This document shows, piece after piece, positions 12,901 through 24,900 of a stretch of 64,000 nt of DNA. Under the pieces are notes generated by a model, which worked only from the letters and a program-made list of their open reading frames with translations, had not been told where the DNA came from and did not search any database. The position numbers and the translations under genes are program-made. Source of the stretch: Botryllus schlosseri (lineage: Eukaryota); NCBI GenBank assembly GCA_051294905.1, contig CM119382.1:9362001-9426000 (forward strand), read 5' to 3'. Every line of letters begins with the position of its first letter. The first letter of the stretch is position 1.

Positions 12901-15900
12901 GAAGACAAAACATTCCTTGGCCATATACCATTTAACTTTTCGGTAACCTAGTTTAAAAGTTACTAGGAAATAAGTAACAAACCCGACCTCACCTGGCTGA
13001 CAGCTTCTCGTTTCTCAATTATGTACCCAGTCACCGGCAACCCTCCATAATCAGTGGGAGGAGACCAAGAAAGTATCACAGAGTTGGCAGTGACGCTGTC
13101 AAAGCTCACAGGACCAAGCGGAGGGCAAGGCTTGGCGAAAACGATAACTTTGATTACGATATCCGCACATCCTCCAACATTGGTCAGGGATAATTTGTAA
13201 GACCCTCCATCATCCACGTTACAATCTACAGGATAAGTATGCAGTATAGGTTGATTGGACGGACTTCTTCATTTGTGCATGAAAATTTGACGTTATATAT
13301 CAGGAAAGGAATTTCAGGTAAATCTGTAACTACTGGTGGATGAATCATTACAATATTGGCAGTGGTGGAGGATTGTAGCTATTTTCTCAAGCAAAATCTT
13401 GTCAAATTTACTATACCTTTTACTGTCAACAGGCAAAAGTCTTCGTGAGTATCAGTGAACACTCTGCTGCTTTGAGGTAATTCATGTCCATTATGATGCC
13501 ACACAACGTCCGGTATTGGTTGCGCGCTGAAATACACTTTGGCTGTCAAATCTTGGCCTTGCTTCACGTAGTTCCACAAGCTTGGTTGATTGAATTCACT
13601 AATCTCAGGCGCTGTCACCTAAATCACAAAGAGTAACCAGTGAAACACCATAAATGAAGACATGATGATAATGAGTATACCTCTTCTTTCACAAGGACAG
13701 GTTGCACCATTTCGCACGCATCACCCAATCCATTTCCATTCAGAGCTTTGATGCGAAAGTAATATTCCTTGTTTTCGACCAAGCGTTTCACTTCAGTACA
13801 AGTATCGTTAACTTGGCAAGACTGCTTCCATTGATCGGTTCCGGACTCTCGGAACTCAACCAAATACCCTGCAAAAGCATCGAGAATTGGTACTGTAACA
13901 TAGCATTCTTAGTCTGTTTTAAACATCCAGATGAATACTGATTTGTCAAAGTGTTAAAATTACATTTCCATACATCATACACTGACAAATTTGGGGTTCA
14001 CGAAACTTCTTCAAGTTAAATAAATTAAGATAAAATGAATGCAGTCCGGAAGGCAATATACAATGGTAATCACAGTGAAAACTGATATCTCACCTGTTAC
14101 TTTACTTCCTCCGTCTGATTGCGGCTTTTTCCAAGACAAAGAAACAGATTTCGAGGTTGTGGTAACGACTGTGAGATTCAACGGTTCTGTTGGCAGTTCG
14201 GAGGCGATGACCGATTTTCTCAGCTCGCAAGGCACACTGCAGCCATGCTCGTTGACCGCTATCACACGGAAGTAATAGCTCAAGCCTTCGTTCAAATTGT
14301 AAACCTTCAATAAAATTTGTGCTGTATTAGAATAGCATCATTTACGGCAGTACAGATAGATGTCAATTTTCACAGAAAAAGTAACATGCAAACTATGAAT
14401 AGGCATATCAGTAGATAAAATATTGTATTTAGAAGTATATTTTGTGCAAATTTGCATGTACTAATGTCATATTGCTGCGAAAGCTGACTCTGTCGCCGGA
14501 ACGAACACCTCTACAGTCTTGGAAAATCTCACTAATATTCAGCATACTGATTTATAACTGAATATGTGCTAGTTAATCTTTGCTGTGTACCATACCATGC
14601 TGTCTAGTTGTTAGTTTTCGATATTATTATGACACATAGAGACTACTCCAAGTCGCTTTGGCGTTTTGATTTGTCAAAAGAATTTTTTAGAATGATGATG
14701 ACGTCTGCAAAATAATTCCTATATTTCAAATTAAATTCACCGCATTACTGACACTTTCTATATTAGTCACTAAATTAACAATATGAAGTTATTGTTTTAT
14801 GTAGTGTAAAAATGCTCTGACGATACAAATAATGGTCACACTAGGATGGAAACTACTAAAGGAGGAGTGAACATCTCTTACCTTGAATGTATTCTGCACA
14901 CACGAGCTAGTCACAGGCACCCATGACTTTTTAGTAGATTCCTTCTTTTCGATCACATATCCCGTGATAGGACTCCCTCCGTTGCATAGCGGAGAATCCC
15001 AGCTCAAAACAACGGAATCCTTCATCAAATCTTTGGCGGAAAGCTTCAAAGGAGCAGACGGAACGTCTAAGATGACCACGTCTATTTCGGCGCTCTTTGA
15101 ACCCGAAATATTGGAGACGGTGATGGAGTATCTTCCAGAATCCGACCTAATCACAAACAGAAGGCTTTAGATTAAGTAAATCCTATGTGATACTCAAAGA
15201 GATGGAATGACTTGCCGTATTATATATTATCACATAGAAAATCGTCAGAAACTAGTAGAGAATTGGAAAGAACATTGTATATCAGCAATCGTGCCACAAA
15301 ATATGACGATTATCAGCACCAAAATTCTACGCTGGGGATGTAATATTTTAAAGAAAGAAATATTGCACTAAAGAAATATTTTCAATAAAATTAGGCAGTT
15401 GTGCTCGACTGGTGAGCATTTGAAAAATATGAAGTATCATCCTTATAAAATAAATTACCACACACAAAATCATGAGTCCTACTTCTCCACTATGATGTAA
15501 ATATGTGTTATCCCAGTTCAAAGTCAAACAAATGTTGGCTAAAGTTGACTTGATATCTTTTACAACCAATGAATTATATCACCTGTTTGCTCCATTAATA
15601 ATAATCGACGTGCTGGTTTTTGACATCTCAGTATGGATTTCATCCGGTAACTGGCCATTATTTTTCAACCACGAGACTTCGGGAGTTGGCTTGCCCAAAT
15701 ACCGGCATGATATCTTGGCTGTGGTGCCTGCTTTGATCTGTGAAAAATGCAAGACCATAATAGCAACAAGATACTCTATCAATTTCATTTCCAAACGGAC
15801 AAAGATTGTATCTACAGCCAATAACCTCATAAATATTTAGTTCTAACAACTCTAACTCGGACAACATACCTTCAGTGCTTTGTGTGTGCTGACATCCATT

Positions 15901-18900
15901 TCAAGATCAGGAGCTACCACGATGTCTTGGGTCGTCACAGTACCAGAGACGTACGAAAATTCACTGGCACCTGCTTCATTGAGTGCTGATATTCTGAATA
16001 TTGGCAAATAGATATACCTACACTAGCTATTACAGATAATAAAAATATCTAATGTACCTTATTCTATACTCTGTATCTTCTTTCAAATCTCTGATAGGGT
16101 AAGATAATTTATTTTCCTCTGCCGTCACAACGCATCTCGTCCACGAGACATCGATATCATCGTTCTCATTATCAATTTCCGTAGACGTATATTCAATGAT
16201 ATATTGTTCAACTAATTGCGGGTCCTCGGCGTCCATCTTCCATGACAAAATCACTGAATCTTTTGAAATCTCAACTACTTTGGGATCGATCGGAGGTTCT
16301 GAATTGGTAGAAGAAAAAGGAGTGATTTTTCGAAAATCATATTTTTGTGAGAAAACACATGAAAATAATATATTGTACCAATTATAAGGCTCACGACAAA
16401 ATTTTATTGATATAATTACACAATGTCCCGACATGGAACTTGGTGCCCTTTTTATACATAAACAATTAAACTTGCTACATCAAGGATGTCAAACATCTGG
16501 CACGCCAGACGATTTCATCCGACCCAATGAATTTTTAGTATATTGAAAAATACTTGAATTATCTAGCATATTTGTAACAATTTTTAGGAAGAACACTGTC
16601 ATTAAATGACACCCCAGTACAGAAAACGTGGAGAATGTTCAGTTCATATGCCAATTTATAATCCCCCGTCAGCGGTTGTTCTGATTTTACTCAAGCCACC
16701 ATCGGGAACAAGCCGCTGACATTGACCCCCAATTTCGAGAAGGCAAAAATGTGCGTACTCAGCTTAGAGCTTATGCAAAAATGGGCAAAAAACTAGTTAT
16801 TCACAGAAGCGAAATTGCAAAACGAAACCGTTGGTACAAAAAATATAATCCAAATATCCTTGATCGCACTACTGTATCAGTTCTGACCCAAAAAGTTCCA
16901 ACCCCCCAGAGCAACCCTAATCGAGATTTAATATTGAACCAAATTTCTACGTCCGCGTTTACAGTTACATATCTTGTAGTCCTCACAAAGCATACGCACG
17001 ACTGAAACAAACTGAGCATTGATAAATGCAGACATATATCGTCTTTAGAGCCACTGTTTTAGCAGATTATAACTATTCGAACAACGCAGTTTTGCCAATT
17101 TCATTGTTGCGAATAAACCTTTGCTAAAACAAAACCCGTAATCCGTAGTACAACGTAATAAACTATTACGTATATCAAGTGAAAAATAGGGGTATGGATT
17201 TTGAGGTAACATTTTGGAATCATTAGACTTGTTCGGCCCGCGACGCAATTTCAGTTTGACACCCCTGTACTACACAGTTTATGAGTAATATCCAACATAA
17301 ATACATACCTGGAGGGTAAGCAGGATTCTTAATTTCCACAAGCCCACTTGATTCCGTGGGTTGACTGATTCCGGCAGCATTTTCAGCCAGTATCCTAAAC
17401 TCCATGAAGGAGCCTTCTCTCAAATCATTCAACAGACATTGATTATCGGAAGTCTTTGCCGCTAGCAGCCATCTGTTAGAATGCCTGAACGGAATTGTGA
17501 ATATCAGTATCGCATATGTAACATATCAACCAAAATTTCATTACTTGTATCGATGCTGGATGATGTAATTGGTAATTTGAGATCCACCGTTATTTAAAGG
17601 CGCTTTCCATTGAATTTCACACGAATCGTATGACACCGTTAAAATTTCAAGGTTTTTCGGACGGTCCGGTATTGTGAAGGAATTTTGGGCAGTCACGGAA
17701 TCACTATCTGTAGCATCGCTGATGCCGTAGTTGTTTACGGCATAGACACGGAATTCATACTCGTTGTATTCTATCAGATTTGTCACAAACAGCATAGTCT
17801 CCATACATTCGCCGTCGACCAAGGACCAGGCTAATTTGCCAACTTCTCTCTTGTAAATCTTGTAATGTGACACGGTATCACCGCCGTTATTTAACGGAGC
17901 ACGCCATGATATTTTAGCAGTGTTGGCAGATACTTCGGATATGGAAACTTTACCGACTGGTCCAGGGCGGTCTAGCACATTCACGCTGATTGTAGAAGAT
18001 TTAGACCCGCCTACGTTAGTCACAGTTGCTTTGTATATTCCGGCGTCTTGAACTTTGATATTTCTCAACTGTACAGAGCTTTGCAAATCCGTCGAAACGA
18101 TGCATAAGTTGTTTTTGGGAGCCAGCCTGCAATCGTCTTTCGTCCAAGACACTGTCGGGACTGGATTTCCCGTGATAAACGCGCTGAACTTGATGTTTTC
18201 TCCGGCTTTTACGTAAAGGCCCTTTTTGTATATCGGGTCGAATTGAACGTTGGGAATAACACAGTTGTTTTGACACACTGCCGGTTCAGATTCTTCTGAA
18301 TATTCTGACTGACATCCTGCAGCGTTTTTGGCTGATACTCTGAAAATTAACAGCATATTTTACATCCATAAGCATTGACAGCAACTACTAAAGTCCATCA
18401 CATCAGATAATGTAAATATTCAGGATTTTCTCAAACCATATTCTGAAATCATTCCATATCAAGACCAACTGTAACACCATATCAGCAAAAGACTCATCCA
18501 TGAATATTTATAAATTATAAATAGATTTTTCATGTCCAAATCTGGTAAATCCCTCCAAATCCAAAATTTTCAACTTCAAATCTAAACCTACACTGATATT
18601 TGCAGACAATGAGTTAATTCGTCATATTTTGTGATACGATTGTTGATATACAATGTTCTTTCCAATTCTCTACTAGTTGCTGACGATTACCCCTGACGAG
18701 TGTTAGCCGAAAATATTCGGGTTCATTTCAATATGAATATACTACAATGAGTTGAATGAGCTGACTTGAAAAGTCAATGATCAGAGACGAGTGTAGCTGA
18801 TTAGCCACAATAATATAATTTCGTAGGTAGTATTTGTATTCTGCCATTCCACTTCACTTTATAAGTCACGACAATTCGAAGAAATCATGAACTACCTGAA

Positions 18901-21900
18901 TATATATTCACAATTTTCAGTGAGATCCACGACGTTATACGAAAGGTCGACAACATTGCTGAAGTTGCATTTGGTCCAACGCCCGGTGGGAAGCTCCCTT
19001 CTCTCAATAACATATCCTGGATCATTGAATGGAAAATTGTATAAACTACAACATAACTCTCATATAATAGTTCGTGCCTATGATTTTGGAGCCTCCATCG
19101 TATCCTGGCTTTTCCCACGTTATCTCCACGTGATTTTTCCCGATGGTCATAACTTCAGGTTGTCCGGGACACTCGATATTGTCCCGGCACAGCACCGACT
19201 CGGACGGCCTACTAAACTTTCCGTTTCCTGCCAAGTTCTCGGCGCACACGCGGAACACATACTCCAGACTCTCGGTGAGACCGAAAATCTGAGAATACAG
19301 AAGTAACTTTCATAGCCTCTTCCAAAGTATTGCTACTAAGGTGGATAGCTTTGACTTGTACATATTCTCCTTTATATTTTACGATTGCTCAAGAACATGA
19401 AATATCAAATTCAATCTGCTAGAGCAGATTCATGCGTAACAAAATTTTCTGGATCAGATTAACACTCTACAAAGTGACATTTTATTCTGTTATTCTTCAA
19501 GTTTGAAGAAATTTTACTATTAAAAAGTAAAATATAATTATGAAATTAGCAGCTTATTAAACTTCCACTTACAAGTTATAGTTTTATTCATTGCATGAGA
19601 TTTCAGAAAGCTAGAAAAGCTAAGAATATTGCAACTTTGCATTTATTAATTAAATACCATGATAAATGATAAAACTGAAATGCAAAAGATTAGTGGCATT
19701 GACTAGCCTAATCTCTATTACGCCAACAACTCATACGACGCGGGCGCTATTTGTACATACGCACAATGAAAAGAGCAAGAAGAAGACGAGATGGGTATCC
19801 GCTCATCCGTTAAAGGAAGACATTAGAGAGAGAGAGAGAGGTGTTATCAAGAGATAATCACACAAAGACCTTAATTTTATCAAGAATACCTGCTTTCAGA
19901 AAAACAATTAAATAAAAATAAGAAATATACCTTGACAAAATTGCTTTTAATTGTCCCTCTCATGGCTGGACTCCACAACAAGGCATTGCGGTCTCTCTTT
20001 TCGACATGATACCCAACGATAGGTGACCCTTCAGAAATATTAATATCACAAGTCATTCATGATATAAATATATTTCTCCGTCCTACTGTATACCTCCATC
20101 ATTGGTCGGTTCCCTCCACGTCAGCTCGACCGAGTCTCTGGTGCATCGGACGATTTCTGGTTCTGGCGGCGGCCCGGGTCGTTTGAACGGGTACCGGACC
20201 ACCACGGACCTGGACACAGCCGGTTCCGAGCGGCCAAATCTGTTCTCGGCAAAGACTCGGAAGACGTAACGTTGGTCGCGTCCAAGTTGAGTAACCTGTG
20301 TGGCGTTTATAGGTAGCAATAAATGGGATATACACTGCATGCAATACACATGATCCAAATCCAGGAGCTGTACAATCGATTTATTAGCGATGGCGAGAGT
20401 TCTAAAATATTAGGCCAAACTGAAAAACCTCTCACTGAATCTAATGAAACGCCAGGATTCTGGAACAATTCTAATGATTGCTTACACATAAAACTGAATT
20501 GTGATGGAAATTCATAGCTTATAATATCTTCATTTTGTATTAGTGACACTCACCACTGATGTGATTCAAACAAAATCTTCTAGTGAATAAATGAACAATA
20601 CAGAGACATTGTTTTGCGTAATTTTGAAGTCCTGAACCATGAATGGCTAGCTTAAATTTATAGCTTGAGGCAAGAAGTGTCTGATAAGACGACATCTATA
20701 CACCGTACATTGGGTGGCAATGGTACTATGATGAAGTGCAAGTTTGAATTAGTGGAATTGTGAGTTTTCCTGGAAGAGAAATATCAACAAACTAGGAAAT
20801 TGGTGCTTCCAGCAGTGTCACCAGTAGAATTTATACATATCACATATAAATCACAAATATTCAGGAATGCATTGATAATTATATTGTGTTACCTTCAATG
20901 TTGTTCTGAGAACAGAGGTAGCAACATCGCTCCATTGGTCTTCCTCTTTCAATTTCTTTTGAACAACGTAGTTGCTGATCTGTGCCGAACCGTCATGTGA
21001 TGGCGGCTTCCAGTTGATAACCAGGGAATTCACGCTCACGTTCGCGAATTCGATATCCCTAGGCTGGCTAGGTCGATCAAAAACAATAACCTGAACACGC
21101 AATGAGCATTGGATTCCACGATTTTGTGACTGGATTCTCTCCATCGTTACCTTGACAGGTGAGCTTGTGGTTCCGATGTCATTCTTGGCGATAACTTCAT
21201 AGACGCCAGCGTCCTCTCGGACGCATTCCTTGATGTTGAGGATAGCATCATTATTTTTACATTTGGAATTGATGCGTCGAGTCTCTGGCAAAGGGGTATC
21301 GCCTGTTTTCCACTCCACCGTTGGCTGGGGCATTCCTAAAAATTTAATCCGGAAATGTATACTTAAAAATGGTTAAGGTTCCCAGAGATGATAATATCAA
21401 ATTTTGCTATAAAAGAGGCAGTGATGACCAAAATGTTCTGAAACCCATATGAATTGCAAAAGTGCAAGGAGCTATGAAGTATTTGCGGCAATTTTCCAAG
21501 TTAAAACGGTATAGTGATGACATAAAGAAAAGTCATGAATATTCCATGTCGTGACAATAGGATAGACTTCCATCCTTTCATGACTGTGACTATCTTCATA
21601 AGTCATTAGATTCAATCAGTAAATCTAGTACACACATTCTGTAAATTTGACTTTTTAGGGAATGGCCAGTTTTATGTAACATGTTTTCAATGATTAATTC
21701 CGGATTGTTCATCTGAAATAGTTTACTGTCAATAGATAGTTTAGTGACAACAGGCATTAACACTCTTACACTTGAATTAAGCGTTCAAGTTACTGGGGTA
21801 TATATGCCCATATATTTTATGTTTGTAGCTACGAATTTCATGTTTGATGGAAACACGCCTTACCAGATACTGGTAACACAATCCTGATATCTTCTCCAGC

Positions 21901-24900
21901 CTTGGCAGAAATAGTCCCCATGTACAAGGCTTTGGTGTCAATAGCCGGCAGAGCGACATTGTCTTTCACCTCAACAGGACGATCGGTACAAGTCGCTTTG
22001 CCAGGTCCCGACGCATTCTTTGCATAGACGCGGAATAGATAGGAAACTCCTTCATTTAAGTCTTTCACTTCTCCACTGAAACATTGAAATATTCATCAAT
22101 ATGATACCATGAACCATATATAGCCGAAAATTACGTCAAATTTGGAGTTGAATATTTTGCAATCCAGGCTTCCATTCCTTCTCTTTGCATCTCCACGACG
22201 TAAAGTGAGATGGGACTTCCTCCATCAGTTTCGGGTTTTGTCCATGATAAGGTCACCGAGGATTTGCTAACAGCTGAAATTTCAACTGATTGAGGTGGCC
22301 CTGGAGTCTGAAAGATAGCGAGTACAATTAATAAAATGAGTGAACAATCTGAAATAAATGTTTTATCATAACTACTGACATGGCTGTCACGCTTGAATAT
22401 GCTCTTTATAAACAATAAATTTTTCAGATACGTGGCAATGGTGATCATTCCTCTCTAATTGATATCACGTGGACATGCACAATTATACAGCAGTGGTTCT
22501 AAACCCCCTGTCTCCTAAATATAAGACTATTTCATATCCTAATGAAAAATGAAAGAAGCTGAACACTCGTCCATTAATTAGCAAAATGAAACCTCAAATT
22601 TTATGTTGAACGTATCTGAATATAGAGTTAATGGTCAGTTTTGGAATTGGTATAAGTTATAATGCTGCAAGTGACCAACCAAATTGTTCAAAAGTACCAA
22701 ATAAAACTCTTCAGGCATTATGTGAAAGTTATATATAAAAACTAAAATGACTTTAGGAACAAAATCCATTAAATCCCGTAGGTACAAGATAGCAACATAT
22801 GGAAGGCGCTAGCGAACAGGAAAGTCACAGTTCGTTCAAAATAAACCAAACAATCAAAGTTAGTGGTTTTTAACAGAAAACCCCCTTGAATAAACAATAG
22901 AATCATGTATAACATACATGATATCAAAACGCAGCAACAAATGCTCGTTGAATTGAAGCTTCCAAGTTGCACGTATATGTCATAATTGGGTTTTGCGTTA
23001 ATTTTGATTTTCATCGGTCCACAAACTTTGTTTTGGAATTTTGCTGGTTCCCAAACTAAAAAGCTTGAGAGCGATATTTTCTAAAGTTGGCAACTACTAG
23101 ATGCCCTTTCTTTTGGTCGTCGGTAATTAATGTGCATCACACCTCACCTCCGAAGCCCTGACCGGTTGCTTTGTCTCAGCCGGCGTCCCGATACCGAATT
23201 TATTTTCCGCCATCACACGGAAGAAATACTCTTCGCCTTGCACCAGACCTGTGACGCGGTACAATTCACGCGTCACGTCAGTAGCAACAACAGACCAAGA
23301 CTTCCTAGTGGCCAGTCTTCTTTCAACGATATAATTCGATACGCAAGCGCCGCCATCGTGTGTAGGCTTGTCCCATTGAAGAAACGCAGCATTCTTGGTG
23401 ATATCAACTACTTTCAGGTCACCCACAAGGCTCGGAGAATCAAGTACTTTCACAACAATATTGAGCTCCTTGGATCCAGCCACGTTTTGCAATGCAAGAG
23501 TGTACTTTCCACTGTCATCACGGCAACAATTATTGACGATCAGTAATGTGTACGATGGTGTAGTTTCAATAGAACATCGCTCAGTTGGTAGTCCTTCTTC
23601 CTTTCCCCATGTAGCAACTGGCGTTGGCCGCCCTTTCATTGTAACAAACAACCTGGTAGAACCACCAGCCCGCACTGTGACAGTTTGCCTCAAGTCTGCA
23701 TCCAGCTTGAAGTCGGGTTCGTTCAAAATATCTACAGGTTGCAAAACATCGCTCACGTCACCAGGTTCAGACATTCCAGCCTCGTTAAGGGCAATGACTT
23801 GGAATCTGTAACCTCGTTTTTCCATTAAATTCTTAACCTCATGTTGTGTGGCTGTGATCTTGGTTTCTGTTAGAATCGTGACATAGTCTTCACTATCTTC
23901 AACCATCATTTGCAATAGATATTCTGATACGGGTGATCCACCATCGTACGACGGCTTTGGCCAAGATAGGGTGATGCTGGAATTTGTAGTATCAACAGAC
24001 ACGGGTTTGCCAGGCGGTTCGGGAACATCTGTAAATGATCAGGATATTAACAGGTTTCAGATATAGGTGTTCCAAATCAGTGATTCCCAATGTATGGGTT
24101 GTGATCGAATCTTGGGTCGCCTGATTCTATCTGCTTCGCTTGTCTTCAGGCATATCGTATATGAGGCGTGAAGAGATTACAAAACTTTAAAAAAGATACA
24201 CAATGGGCCCAGTATTAAAGAAACATTGCTCAGTCATCTAACTCATTTCGCATCAAATCGGTATTACATCTATTTGTTCGGATCACAAAATTTTGATGTT
24301 CTATATTTGTTGAATAACTCGCGTTTGGAACTGCTGTTCTGAGTCATCAATGATATCACTATGGTATCAGTAAAGGTACTGCTCTGCAATAACTTGAAAT
24401 ATTGCCACACCATTGGTACTTGATCACCTCGAGTAGAAAGCCTGAGATATGTAAATCAATTATATATAAACTAGCTGTATGTATAAATCATTGTCTATCT
24501 TGTGGTGGGTTTGAATCGATGAAACTATCAATACACAATCACATTGGAAGTTATATGCTACATCTCCATGGCTAATGCAGGACGGGAGATTGCAGGTTCT
24601 ACATTCCTCTACTTGCTGTACACTACCAGGCTGTAATAACTATCCAACTGATTTAATTAAAAAATACATGTACTCCCACCGAACACCATTAGGCCCTTGA
24701 AGAGACATTACAAGACAAAAAGATGGAAAGATACTTATTCATATCCACTGGAATACAGAAAACACATACAGTCATCTGACGTAAAAATGCATAAAAATAA
24801 CTCACCAATAGGATCCCTGATTTTAATAGGTCCAGTTGATTCACTCGCCAATCCAGTCCCGACACGGTTCTCAGCAGCTACCCGGAACTCATATTCCTTA

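Noticed and set aside
16751-17248. Short ORFs inside the 787-bp hAT-like element as a transposase remnant
   Set aside because: No BED-finger, DDE or hAT dimerisation motifs are recognisable in either orientation.
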